Assembly (NCBI GenBank): GCA_002749285.1
Contig: PDPR01000011.1
Coordinates: 66,800-130,799 of the forward strand
Direction: 5' to 3'
DNA from: Maribacter sp.
Lineage (GTDB): Bacteria > Bacteroidota > Bacteroidia > Flavobacteriales > Flavobacteriaceae
DNA: 64,000 nt
A model generated the notes under the pieces. It searched no databases. It worked only from the letters and a program-made list of their open reading frames with translations, and was not told where the DNA came from. A program made the translations under genes and the position numbers. Each line of letters opens with the position of its first letter. Positions within the stretch are counted from its first letter, which is position 1. Shown piece by piece: positions 20,754 through 30,955 of this stretch.

Positions 20754-22307
20754 ATGTCAAAAATAGCAATGGAATTCGGCATCAATGATGCCCTTAGAAA
20801 ATTAGGCATCCAAGACATCAATGAAGGTACTTCTACAGGATCTGACAATTTTGGGTCCGGCGAAATAATCGCCTCACATTCACCCGTAGATGGCGCCCTT
20901 ATCGGAAAGGTAAAAAGCACCACAAAAACCGACTATGAAAAGGCAATGGATGCCGCTACCCAAGCATTCAAACCTTGGCGTAAAATGCCCGCCCCTCAAC
21001 GTGGTGAGGTTGTTAGACAATTTGGCAATAAGTTACGTGAACTCAAAGAACCCCTGGGAAAATTGGTCTCCTATGAAATGGGGAAAAGCTACCAAGAGGG
21101 CTTAGGGGAGGTTCAGGAAATGATCGATATCTGTGATTTTGCTGTCGGACTCTCAAGGCAGCTCCATGGACTGACCATGCACTCCGAACGTCCCGGTCAC
21201 CGCATGTATGAACAGTACCATCCTCTAGGTGTGGTCGGTATTATATCGGCATTCAACTTCCCTGTTGCCGTATGGGCCTGGAACACAGCCTTGGCTTGGG
21301 TATGTGGGGATGTATGTATATGGAAACCTTCGGAAAAAACACCCCTATGCGGAATCGCATGCCAAAATATTGCAGCCTCGGTACTTAAGGCCAATAGGCT
21401 TCCCGAAGGAATATCATGCTTGATAAACGGTGATTACAAAGTTGGTGGGATGATGACCCAAGACCGTCGTATACCATTGGTCTCCGCAACTGGATCCATA
21501 AGAATGGGTAAGATCGTAGCACAAGCAGTAGCCGCCCGATTGGGCAAATCATTACTTGAGCTTGGTGGCAACAATTCCATCATCGTAACCCCGGATGCTG
21601 ACATAAAAATGACGGTAATAGGAGCCGTCTTTGGAGCTGTTGGCACAGCGGGACAACGCTGTACCTCTACCCGTAGGTTGATCATACATGAGTCTATGTA
21701 CGATACGGTAAAAGAAGCCTTGGTAAAAGCCTACAACCAATTACGGATCGGAAACCCCTTGGATGAAAATAATCACGTAGGTCCTTTAATCGATACGGAT
21801 GCTGTTGCCAATTACCAAAACGCCCTGACCAAGGTCGTGGAAGAAGGCGGGAAATTGATTGTTGAGGGAGGGGTTCTAAAAGGCGAAGGCTATGAGAGTG
21901 GATGCTATGTAAAACCTGCCATTGCCGAGGCCGATAATGATTTCGAGATAGTACAGCATGAGACTTTTGCGCCCGTATTGTATTTACTTAAATATTCAGG
22001 GGATGTCAACAATGCCATAGAAATACAAAACGGGGTGGTCCAAGGTTTATCTTCGGCCATAATGACCAATAATCTGCGTGAAGCCGAAAATTTCCTTTCC
22101 TGTGCCGGCAGTGACTGTGGTATCGCAAACGTGAACATTGGTACTTCCGGTGCTGAGATAGGAGGTGCTTTTGGAGGTGAGAAAGAAACCGGGGGAGGCC
22201 GCGAATCGGGTTCCGATGCGTGGAAAGTATATATGCGAAGACAGACCAATACCATAAATTACACTACCGAGCTGCCTTTGGCACAAGGTATTAAATTTGA
22301 TCTGTAG
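20754..22307 (+). CDS. amaB: aldehyde dehydrogenase family 7 (L-piperideine-6-carboxylate dehydrogenase type)
   Basis: GEVQEMIDICDFAVGLSRQL, LELGGNN, GQRCT, GAEIGGAFGGEKETG; TAGCTTTG box at 20709-20716. Confidence 0.88.
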   Translation: MSKIAMEFGINDALRKLGIQDINEGTSTGSDNFGSGEIIASHSPVDGALIGKVKSTTKTDYEKAMDAATQAFKPWRKMPAPQRGEVVRQFGNKLRELKEPLGKLVSYEMGKSYQEGLGEVQEMIDICDFAVGLSRQLHGLTMHSERPGHRMYEQYHPLGVVGIISAFNFPVAVWAWNTALAWVCGDVCIWKPSEKTPLCGIACQNIAASVLKANRLPEGISCLINGDYKVGGMMTQDRRIPLVSATGSIRMGKIVAQAVAARLGKSLLELGGNNSIIVTPDADIKMTVIGAVFGAVGTAGQRCTSTRRLIIHESMYDTVKEALVKAYNQLRIGNPLDENNHVGPLIDTDAVANYQNALTKVVEEGGKLIVEGGVLKGEGYESGCYVKPAIAEADNDFEIVQHETFAPVLYLLKYSGDVNNAIEIQNGVVQGLSSAIMTNNLREAENFLSCAGSDCGIANVNIGTSGAEIGGAFGGEKETGGGRESGSDAWKVYMRRQTNTINYTTELPLAQGIKFDL

Positions 22308-22315
22308 TCCATAGA

Positions 22316-22419
22316 AAACCTCGCCCCAAGGGTACAGGGTATGCATCCGAAAAGACTCTTGTTATTCCGAGGCAAGCCTCAAGGGATCAGACCCTTATTG
22401 GCTATCACCCTGCGATTAA
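22316..22419 (+). repeat. ~105-bp dispersed triple-hairpin repeat, copy 2
   Basis: AACCTCGCCCCAAGGGTACAGGGTAT...TTCCGAGGCAAGCCTCAAGGGATC...ATCACCCTGCGATTAA, 8 nt after the amaB stop. Confidence 0.9.
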
Positions 22420-22529
22420 AAAACCCGATGGCTGTCCAAGGAATCCATCTTGCCATTGGCTAGACTTTCCTAAAATCGTCATCGGGTTTGAACACTAACT
22501 AAACCAACCAACCCAAATAAATAATAAAA

Positions 22530-23082
22530 GTATAAAGTTCGACCGTTCCGGTCATCGTCCCGTGAATCAGGGTTCCAAATTACGACCCTCGTGCCGCTCC
22601 ACCTTCCAACTACCCCCAACTAAGGTTTGGATGCCAAGGACAACCACCATACAACAAAAGGTGATAATGTTTTTTATTCTTGCTTTCATAATGGATAATA
22701 TATCCTACCCCTATATGCTATTGAATAAATTTACTGGTTCAATCAAAGGGAATCAAGTTTTTATGTGCAGATGGTCATCTTCTTTGTGTGGATGTCCCTT
22801 TTGACCCATTATTCGCACTTGAAGTAGAACGGTATTCCAATTTTATGTAGGGAAATCATTAAAAACATCGTTGCCATTGGATTAATAAACTTTGGCGAAG
22901 CTTGGAAGTGGGATTCCAGGTCGTTTAGGGCGTGATATTTAAAGAAGGACCATACCCTAAACGATCCGGGGGAACCTGCCAGGTCCTGTGTTCCCCTCTG
23001 GGAGTAAATTAGACTCAACTTGTGCGGATATAATTTGTGGACAGGAAAGGAATAACAAACAAAGGAGAATTGAGGATTTCAT
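22530..23082 (-). pseudogene. degraded remnants of one or two secreted-protein genes
   Basis: Signal-peptide-like starts MKSSILLCLLFLSCPQIISAQ (23082) and MKARIKNIITFCCMVVVLGIQ (about 22688), each followed by early stops. Confidence 0.35.
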
Positions 23083-23111
23083 TTTAGTTGGATTTAGGTT
23101 GGTATTATATT

Positions 23112-23702
23112 TTACATGATGTCGAACCCCAACCCTAGTTCATTCCCTCCTTCAACACTGATAGTCTTATCGCCCATTTCCATTATGAAGTCAAGGGACA
23201 CTATCACCCGATAAGAACCTACAGCCAGATATTCGTTGCTTTCGCCCTTACAGACCAGTCCTATTGTTCGGATTCCCTCTTGGAGTACCCAAGGACTACT
23301 AACCACATATGATCCCCCTGGAGGGATTTCCATGTTGGGGTTGCCGACGAACTCGCACGAAACGGACGTATAGGGTTTGCCATGGTTTAGTCCGTCGGCG
23401 ACTCCCTCTACGATCATTACCGATTCCCCGTTCAGATATTCATTCTTGATCTTTATATTTTCTCCAATGTTGTTTTGAAAAGTGAGTGCTATACTGAAAT
23501 TTTCATTTTGAGCGAACTCTGTCTTTGATATCCCATTGGTGTCCAATACGCATAGAGATGCGGTCAGACCTTCCATTTCGGCTTCCATGCAAGCTCCCTG
23601 AGCCGCAATGTTTACTTGATAGATTGTATTTTGGCCATCCTCATTTTCACAGGCCGTGGTAAAAAACAGAATGTTGAGTACGATAAGAAAGGTCTTGTTC
23701 AT
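23112..23702 (-). CDS. hypothetical lipoprotein
   Basis: MNKTFLIVLNILFFTTAC lipobox; beta-rich Ig-like pattern (FSIALTFQNN...EIPPGGSY...GSYRV). Confidence 0.7.
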   Translation of the reverse strand: MNKTFLIVLNILFFTTACENEDGQNTIYQVNIAAQGACMEAEMEGLTASLCVLDTNGISKTEFAQNENFSIALTFQNNIGENIKIKNEYLNGESVMIVEGVADGLNHGKPYTSVSCEFVGNPNMEIPPGGSYVVSSPWVLQEGIRTIGLVCKGESNEYLAVGSYRVIVSLDFIMEMGDKTISVEGGNELGLGFDIM

Positions 23703-23808
23703 ACGTAGGTTTTTAAATGACCTGGTAATTGACTTCTTATTGATACACGATATGCTTTGCTTATATCCCATAATTCTTACTTATCGATGTAAAAAATTAT
23801 AACTGTTA

Positions 23809-24817
23809 ACCTGAGTTCGATTAATATTCAGAGCAATATTATTACGGAAAATATGGCTTTTCAGTAAATTAAAGTGTTGAATTCCAATTTGTCAATCTAA
23901 AAACCCACTTATGATTCCCTATTCTAAAGTTACTGATGTTTTTTGTGTTATTGATTGAATTTTGCCAAGAATACGGCCAAATTGTTGACAAAGCACTACT
24001 TGGCAACCCATCAAAACGTCCAACTACTATCTGTAAGAGCGAGATAATAACGATAACTGTCTTGTTCCCTTTGGGCGGTTTTAGGTGTTTTAAGCATTTT
24101 TATATTCACTATGTTCAAAAACATATGCAAAATGAATTTCCACAAACAGTATCTTATAACAGATTTACCGAACTTATGCAGCGGAATCTTATGCCTATGG
24201 TGTTGTTCTTAAGGACCTGCTGCCTAGGTAAGTGCACTGGTATTTCTTTCATAGATTCCACACCAATTAGAGTTTGCAAAAACAAACGCATTAATGCGAA
24301 CAAAGTGTTTAAAGGTATAGCCAATACAGGAAAGTCCATGGGTTGGTTTCATGGCTTCAAGTTGCACATCATTATAAATGACAAAGGGGAAATCTTGAAT
24401 TTTACCATAACACAAGCAAGTACAGATGATAGGGAACCACTAAAACAAGATCGCTTCTTGGATAAAATATTCGGCAAACTCTATGCCGACAAAGGCTATA
24501 TCGGTAAAGAACTCTCACAATTATTTTTTGTTGATGGTGTTCAACCCATTACAAGTATAAGAAACAACATTAAGAATTGTTTGATGACTGTATCTGACAA
24601 AATACTGCTTGGAAAAAATCTGTTATTGAAACTGTAAACGATGGACTTGAAAATATTTGCCAAATAGAACATTCCCGACATAGAGGTTTTGCCAACTTTT
24701 TAACCAACTTAATATCTGGATTAATTGCTTATAGCTTCTTGCCTAAAAAACCTTCTATTAAATACCAAACCGTAAACAACAACCAAATTTGCCTGTTTTG
24801 ATCAATCGAACTCAGGT
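23809..24817 (+). mobile_element. IS982-family insertion sequence with inactivated transposase
   Basis: Terminal IRs ACCTGAGTTCGA / TCGAACTCAGGT; flanking 5-bp direct repeat TGTTA; transposase motifs IDSTPIRVC, GWFHGFKLH, ADKGY, IETVND. Confidence 0.93.
23911..24801 (+). pseudogene. IS982 transposase, frameshifted
   Basis: Frameshifts near 23955 and near 24615; C-terminus SVIETVNDGLENICQIEHSRHR...PKKPSI continues in another frame. Confidence 0.88.
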
Positions 24818-24875
24818 TGTTAGGAATAATAACTATGTTAAAATCGACAATATGCATTTTTATCGAATTCTTCTT

Positions 24876-25606
24876 ATACCATTTCAACATTGGAAGACAT
24901 TTGAATTTTATGGATCCTGATTAGGATCTTAATGATGGTTTTTAGGTCTTCGGGCAGAACATTGATCTATGGGCTAAATTTTCAGGATAAGGGAATCGGA
25001 CAAAGAACTTGGGGAATTGCCCCATGTGGGCACGACATTGTTCGCCAAGCAGCACGGGGCGACCGGGATGTCTGGTGTGGATCCGGGGCTTCAAGGAACT
25101 TTTGGAACGGTTCAATGCCGAACATGGGTCATCGGTCAATTACCATGCACTGGATATCCATGTCAAAGGGAATCTCGGGGCCTTGGTCAAGACAACAAGG
25201 AAATCGCATGTGGAAAAGGATCCCGAAAAGGTGACCCCCTTTAAAAAAACCTCGGGCGGTACCGCCGCGAGCCGATAGCCTCCAAGGGCGGCCGCTACAA
25301 AAAAGCGGACTTCCACTGCCAGGACAAGGGCCGCCTTCCATAAGGCCAAAAGGCTCAAATTGCCGGACAATGTGGCACTGCTCTTCCTGCCACCGTACTC
25401 TCCCGAACCCAACCCGGCCGAGAGGATATGGTGGCGAATCAAAAATAAGGCAACGAATATCGCTTTCCCATCACAGGAAAAGCACAGGGAGTTCCTCTCC
25501 GGACAGGCCGGAGCACTTACAAAGGAAACGATCATCCCCATCTGTGATTTTCAATACTACAGAAATGCAAACCATCTTTGGTCGATCTTGTAAGTTGAAT
25601 CGGTAT
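24876..25606 (+). mobile_element. IS630-family element, internally deleted remnant
   Basis: Imperfect TIRs ATACCATTTCAAC / GTTGAATCGGTAT; fragments GFKELLERFN..RKSHVEKD, slippery TTTAAAAAAAC (25240-25250), and C-terminal LFLPPYSPEPNPAERIW. Confidence 0.85.
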
Positions 25607-26097
25607 TGGTCCTTTCTTTCAGCTTGTGCGCCAGGAACAATGTCTTGAACGATGTTTTTTCATTTACGCCATACTTTAAAAGAAAAGTGCGTTTAATTGT
25701 AAATCCAGATTTTGTTCTTTAGTTGAAATACGGGCGTAACAGAATACCATATTTAGTGTAATAAAGTGTTATGAAACAAACTATTCGAAGTGGACAAACA
25801 ACGGAATTGGGTGAAAGTTTACAAAAACAGTCGTTTTTTTGACTTTCCCCGGATAGATCCAAAGATCACTGACTTCGTCTAGACAAGGTGGAATCCAACC
25901 TTTATGACCCACTACAACTTGCGGACAATCGAGGCCGATAACCGGGATATTTACACCTATAGTACGGGAAAACATAAGTGTGGACACGGAAGATGAATTC
26001 TACCTTGTTGGTTTTTAAAGGATTTAGTGTGTGTTTTATAAAAAATATTAGATTTTTTTAATACATTGGTGAACTAAACACTAAATCATTATAAATA

Positions 26098-26991
26098 ATG
26101 ACAAAAAAGATTACAAACCTACTAGGAATAATCATTACTATTCTGGCAGGGACGTATTTTTACATTACCTGTTGCAGTGAATGTGGAATGTCGTCTAAAA
26201 AAGAGGTGGTGGCCCCTGTAGCCCATGAGCCTACGTCATATCCTTTTGCTTTTGACAAAAATGGATTTACGTACCGTACGAACAACAATTTTAATTTCAA
26301 TTCTTCTTCCCCTGACATTCTTTTACCAGTTACCCAAGATGTTCAAGACGGTATAGCCCGCTTAAAAACCTTCTTGGCCGAGAATTCGGACAAGGTGGTC
26401 AACATCACTGGATATTATAAAAGTGATGAGGAAAACAACTCTGCATTCCCCAATTTAGGGGTGGCGCGCGCCAATACAGTAAAGAACTATCTTGTTTCGA
26501 AGGGTATTCCCTCCAGATTAATGAGCACTTTTGGGGCCTTGAAGGACGAACTTGTCCCAAAGGAAAATGTCTATTTGGGCCCTTTGGGGTACGACCTTGC
26601 GGATATGCCCGAGGATACTGATGACAAATTGAAGGAATTGCACGACCGAATCAATAGCAGTCCATTAATACTTAATTTCAATACTGCCGAGGCCTCTATA
26701 AACCTCTCTATGGAACAACGTCGGAAAATTGCTGATATATCCACTTATCTAGACAAGGTTGAAGGTTCTACCGTCAATATTGTTGGCCATACCGACAATA
26801 CTGGCCAAAGGGCTAAAAATATTGTATTAGGTCAGGAAAGGGCTGATTTCGCAAAAAACTATTTAATGCGCAATGGAATTCCCGAAAGCAAAATAAGCAC
26901 CTCTTCAAAAGGCTCGGATGAACCTATAGCCAGCAATGAAACGGAAGAAGGAAGGGCACAGAACAGACGAACAATAATCACTTTAAATTAA
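26098..26991 (+). CDS. OmpA-family protein with N-terminal TM anchor and two OmpA-like domains
   Basis: NLGVARANTVKNYL and GHTDNTG..LGQERA..GRAQNRR motifs. Confidence 0.9.
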   Translation: MTKKITNLLGIIITILAGTYFYITCCSECGMSSKKEVVAPVAHEPTSYPFAFDKNGFTYRTNNNFNFNSSSPDILLPVTQDVQDGIARLKTFLAENSDKVVNITGYYKSDEENNSAFPNLGVARANTVKNYLVSKGIPSRLMSTFGALKDELVPKENVYLGPLGYDLADMPEDTDDKLKELHDRINSSPLILNFNTAEASINLSMEQRRKIADISTYLDKVEGSTVNIVGHTDNTGQRAKNIVLGQERADFAKNYLMRNGIPESKISTSSKGSDEPIASNETEEGRAQNRRTIITLN

Positions 26992-27014
26992 ATAACTAAA
27001 CTAAAAATAAAAAA

Positions 27015-27584
27015 ATGGATTTTTCAACTATGAATATTTGGTGCTGGTTAATTCCTCTATTAGTAGGCTTACTATGTGCATATTTTGGATACCTTCTCGG
27101 AAAGGGAAAGACTAAGACCATAGACAATTCCCATGATCTGAAATTACTACAGGATAAAAATGTAAAGCTTAAAGCGGATTTGGATGCCTGTAAAGGAAAA
27201 TTATCGGCTGGGGCCGCAATTGCTGCCGCTGGAGTCGGGGCTGCCGCCTCATTAACCTCGGAAACCGTAAAAGAAAAGCAAATTCCTTTTGATGCGGCAG
27301 CAGCGAAAGCTGCTATGGGAAGAACCATTAAAAAAGATGACCTGAAAATCGTTGAGGGTATAGGCCCAAAAATATCCGGGATGTTCAATGATGCGGGTAT
27401 CAAGACTTGGAAGGAACTTTCTGAGACCACTGTTTCAAATTGTCAACAGATCCTTGATGGCGGGGGTGATCGTTATAAGGTTCACGATCCCGCATCATGG
27501 CCTATGCAAGCCAAAATGTGTTATGAAGGCAAATGGAAGGAACTCGCCAAATGGCAGGATGAACACGATTATGGAAAATTATAG
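27015..27584 (+). CDS. membrane-anchored protein with C-terminal HhH/DUF4332-like domain
   Basis: N-terminal TM, short coiled coil, DDLKIVEGIGPKI...WPMQA motif. Confidence 0.8.
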   Translation: MDFSTMNIWCWLIPLLVGLLCAYFGYLLGKGKTKTIDNSHDLKLLQDKNVKLKADLDACKGKLSAGAAIAAAGVGAAASLTSETVKEKQIPFDAAAAKAAMGRTIKKDDLKIVEGIGPKISGMFNDAGIKTWKELSETTVSNCQQILDGGGDRYKVHDPASWPMQAKMCYEGKWKELAKWQDEHDYGKL

Positions 27585-27627
27585 TATGCGTGGATCGTCC
27601 TAGAATAGGTTGACGTTCTTAATGAAT

Positions 27628-27669
27628 TAACAGAAAACCTTTGAAGTTAGCTTCAAAGGTTTTCTGTTA
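27628..27669. terminator. 19-bp perfect-stem hairpin, likely bidirectional terminator
   Basis: TAACAGAAAACCTTTGAAG-ttag-CTTCAAAGGTTTTCTGTTA. Confidence 0.8.
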
Positions 27670-28068
27670 TATATAAAATCAGGTGTTTCCATATTAAGGC
27701 TCAAATGTGGTCTTCCGTTATTATATATCTATTGATTCTTCTATGGGTTGTTCTGGTCCTTTACCATTCATTTATAGATTAAGGATCCACCTTTTGGTAT
27801 GCCATTGGCTCTCTCCGCCAATGCATTCCGGTAGCAGTCATATCCATCTATCATAGATGGGATAACATTACTGTCCTGGAGTTATTGTCGATATACGGAC
27901 AAACAATACTGTGATCCCCTATCGAGTGTTGTTGGTCAATCTATTGTTATGCGCCATTCTTAACGCCTTGACAACCTGAACCTGTTTCATCAGGTTAGGG
28001 TGTTTTCCCTTGGCTTTTTTACTCGATCTACTAATTGAAAACCAAAATTTACCCAATAGGCCAAAACT

Positions 28069-28096
28069 AAAAAACCGCCTAAATGTTCTTAGACGG
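28069..28096 (-). terminator. intrinsic terminator of the desaturase gene
   Basis: Minus strand CCGTCTAA-gaacat-TTAGGCGG-TTTTTT. Confidence 0.6.
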
Positions 28097-28104
28097 CCTC
28101 TTTT

Positions 28105-29100
28105 CTATAAAGTTCCGTTGGCCTCTACCCATTTAAAATGGTATTGGTCCTTGGGAAATGACATCCTTTCGGAAATACGTTGCAACCTATCTGGCAATTT
28201 CATTAAATAATCACGGGCCTTTTCAGCCTCATCACTCAGGCTCCTGACGGCATCCAACTGCCAATATGAGTTCAATTTCTTGAGAATATCAATATAATCC
28301 TGTGCCGTGTAAACACCCAAACGTTGTGCACAGTTGGAGAAATTCTCAAAGGCCGTACCTATACTCCCCCCGGATTCCCGCAAAAAATGTGCGGGCATGA
28401 CAATTTTCCTCTTCATCATATCGGCAAAGGCCAACATCATTCCCGAAGGGTCTTCCCCAAAGATATTTTTCACAAACTCACGATACGCCAAATGATGTCG
28501 CATTTCATCCCCGGCAATGATGGCACACATCTTACCCAAAAGGGTATTACCCTTCTTCTTCGCCATCTGACCTACCCGTTTGTGCGATATATTCGTCGCC
28601 AACTCCTGAAATGATGTATAGACAAAATTCTTATAGGGATCCCTATCGGTTCCTATATCGAACCCATCGGCTATCAAATGCTGGGTGGTAATTTCCACTT
28701 CACGCATATTAACCCTCCCGGATAAATATAGATACTTGTTCAGGACATCACCATGACGATTCTCTTCCGCAGTCCAGGCCCGCACCCATTTGGACCAACC
28801 ATTTTTTTCCCCGTCATGCTGGTTTACCCCCTCAACATCCATCAACCATGCCTCATAAGTGGGCAAAGCCTCCTCAGTAATGGTATCGGCCACCATGGTT
28901 ACCCAGAAATCATAACCCAATTCCTTGGATTCTTCACGCAACTGTTCAATATCATTCAAAAAACAATCACTTTTAGGGTCGGGGAGAAAATCGGATGGTT
29001 GCCAAATATCATCAATGGCAATCAAAAAAAAATCTATGAATTCCCCCACTTTAGGCTCAATAGCCTGCATTACTTCCAATCTTATATTCTTCTTTATCAT
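28105..29100 (-). CDS. acyl-ACP desaturase (soluble di-iron)
   Basis: ITEEALPTY, WTAEENRHG, FQELAT, DEMRH motifs. Confidence 0.95.
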   Translation of the reverse strand: MIKKNIRLEVMQAIEPKVGEFIDFFLIAIDDIWQPSDFLPDPKSDCFLNDIEQLREESKELGYDFWVTMVADTITEEALPTYEAWLMDVEGVNQHDGEKNGWSKWVRAWTAEENRHGDVLNKYLYLSGRVNMREVEITTQHLIADGFDIGTDRDPYKNFVYTSFQELATNISHKRVGQMAKKKGNTLLGKMCAIIAGDEMRHHLAYREFVKNIFGEDPSGMMLAFADMMKRKIVMPAHFLRESGGSIGTAFENFSNCAQRLGVYTAQDYIDILKKLNSYWQLDAVRSLSDEAEKARDYLMKLPDRLQRISERMSFPKDQYHFKWVEANGTL

Positions 29101-29112
29101 ATTTTATCAATA

Positions 29113-29269
29113 AACTCGTTTAAATTTTTTGGGTTTAAGCGAAAATCACTGGTTTTTTGTTCTGTTGAAGGCTTTTTCAGTTTGCATAGCAGGGCTACGG
29201 AAGTAAGAAAAGACAAGAACAGGGCGGAAAATGGCAATTTTCTGGCAAGCCGAAAAGTTTAAATGAGTT
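29113..29269. mobile_element. ~157-bp palindromic MITE-like element
   Basis: Terminal IR AACTCGTTTAAA / TTTAAATGAGTT; nested pairing arms; central TAGC-agg-GCTA hairpin; no coding capacity. Confidence 0.7.
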
Positions 29270-29361
29270 CCAATATACGATTATATTGGTCTGTATAAGA
29301 ATAGTAAGGGATTAAAATGCATTTACTCTTCGGTTTGCGGTTTGGCACTTAGCCTTATTGT

Positions 29362-30012
29362 TTATCCTTTTAATATTACCTCGATCGCTTTTTCGAGTAA
29401 TTCATCTTTTCCATTTCTTATGCCTTCAATTGTTGACTTGATCTCTATGTCAGGTACTATTCCAATTCGTTGGGTTTCCTCCCCATTTGGGTAATTTACC
29501 CCAATACCTTAAATTATCGTCAAACCAAGCTTCACCCTTTCCCGAAAGTATTCCCGCAATAAAGATATTCTCCGCTGCCTCGGGGCAATCAAGTGTTATG
29601 CTATATTTCTGCCAATCCTTAGTTCCCGTTATTTTTTGATCTTGCATATTATCAAATGCCAAAGAACCTCCATTTCCGTCAACTCGCAACAGCAAACCTG
29701 CAAATCCGTTTCCAACGTTTTTGATTTTCATAAAACCTTCAAGTCTTATTGTTTTCCCCTCATAATTTGCTGGGATCTTATATGCGATACTTCCAAAAGA
29801 ACTTCCGGTCTGGCCTGATGTGATTTTTCCCGATTTTTTTCCCGAATGAGCATTTTCATCTATCGTCAACTCATAGTTTCCCCACTTCAACCATCCGTCA
29901 GAAAGTGATTTTCCCTCTTTTTGATTTTCAAATCCAAGGTTGGATTCCCCAGTTTTTTACCCTTGACAATTTAAAGGGATAATTGTCAATAAGGCAACCA
30001 GTATTTATCCAT
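29362..30012 (-). pseudogene. S41-family peptidase remnant: N-terminal domain joined out of frame to the C-terminal tail
   Basis: N-part ILVALLTIIPLNCQG*KTGESNLGFEN...GKGEAWFDD; junction near 29515; then GIGVNYPNGEETQRIGIVPDIEIKSTIEGIRNGKDELLEKAIE, an S41 C-terminus. Confidence 0.8.
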
Positions 30013-30026
30013 CGTTTTCGTTTTTT

Positions 30027-30109
30027 TAACTTGCACACAACGTTGGGTATATGAAGTGTAGCCTACCGATAGGCGGCTATGATTTCATATACAGTGTTGT
30101 AGCCGGTTA
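30027..30109 (-). other. attC-like imperfect palindromic recombination site
   Basis: Paired arms ACAAC/GTTGT, GTATATGAA/TTCATATAC and TAGCC/GGCTA with asymmetric spacers, directly between a stop codon and the next ATG. Confidence 0.65.
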
Positions 30110-30112
30110 TCC

Positions 30113-30955
30113 TTATGCTTTTTCAAGTTCAAAAATTGTTATTTCGGGTCTAACGTTAAATCTCACTTGCCACAAATGTCCAACTGCTCGATTAACATAT
30201 AAGGTTCTACCGTCATTCAAATCTATTTCTCCTTGTGAATATCTCTTGTTTTTAACAGGTAACATTGGTGCATTTAAAAATGGTGGTTTACATTGTCCTC
30301 CGTGTGTATGTCCAGCTAGAATCCAACCTTTATATCCGTTCCAAACGTCTAAATCACAAACATCAGGGTTGTGACATAACAACAGATTAGCTTTGTTTTG
30401 GTCATAGTTGTCCATCACTTTTCCAGGTGCAAAATTCAATGCCCAATAATCATCAAATCCGATTATGTTCAAACCCGAAATATCCACTTGGTCATTTTTA
30501 AGCACTTCAATTCCTGCATTTGTCAATTGCTCCGAGATTTTATCCGCTACATTTTGTTCAGCCCAATTTTTCCCATAGTTGTGATTGCCAAGTATCCCTA
30601 CAGTTCCTATTTTTCCTTTAACCGTGTATCTCAGTACTTCATCCAATTGCCCAAATTGTTTTTCGTTCTCATAACTTACATAATCTCCTGTGTAGACAAC
30701 AAAATCAGGGTTGAATTCCTGCGCTTTTTTAAATGAGTCAATTATATAATTATAGTCAAATCTATTTCCTATATGTATATCACTAATTTGCATAAGTCTT
30801 TTCCCTATCAGATTATCTGGTAGATTGGCAATTGGCATTTTACGTTTCACAAATTCCAACCAAAAAGGCTCAATTTGCCAAGAGTAAAGTCCAGTCAAAA
30901 ATCCAGCCCCGACTGTTCCCCAAAATGTTCGTTCTATAAATTTTCGTCTGTTCAT
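30113..30955 (-). CDS. YkuE/YaeI-like metallophosphoesterase (probable cassette gene)
   Basis: SDIH, GDYV, GNH, LCHNPD, GHTHGGQ, VRPEIT motifs; Tat-like MNRRKFI start. Confidence 0.9.
   Translation of the reverse strand: MNRRKFIERTFWGTVGAGFLTGLYSWQIEPFWLEFVKRKMPIANLPDNLIGKRLMQISDIHIGNRFDYNYIIDSFKKAQEFNPDFVVYTGDYVSYENEKQFGQLDEVLRYTVKGKIGTVGILGNHNYGKNWAEQNVADKISEQLTNAGIEVLKNDQVDISGLNIIGFDDYWALNFAPGKVMDNYDQNKANLLLCHNPDVCDLDVWNGYKGWILAGHTHGGQCKPPFLNAPMLPVKNKRYSQGEIDLNDGRTLYVNRAVGHLWQVRFNVRPEITIFELEKA

Noticed and set aside
22418-22489. AAACCCGATG...CATCGGGTTT inverted repeat as a terminator
   Set aside because: Loop of about 50 nt with poor internal pairing; may be a decayed terminator but not supportable
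25771-25990. Short ORFs on both strands after IS630
   Set aside because: Interrupted or motif-less; no evidence of coding
27925-27990. GTTATGCGCCATT core-like motif and an AACCTGA..TCAGGTT hairpin as another cassette site or REP
   Set aside because: No complementary partner arm or second copy found in the window
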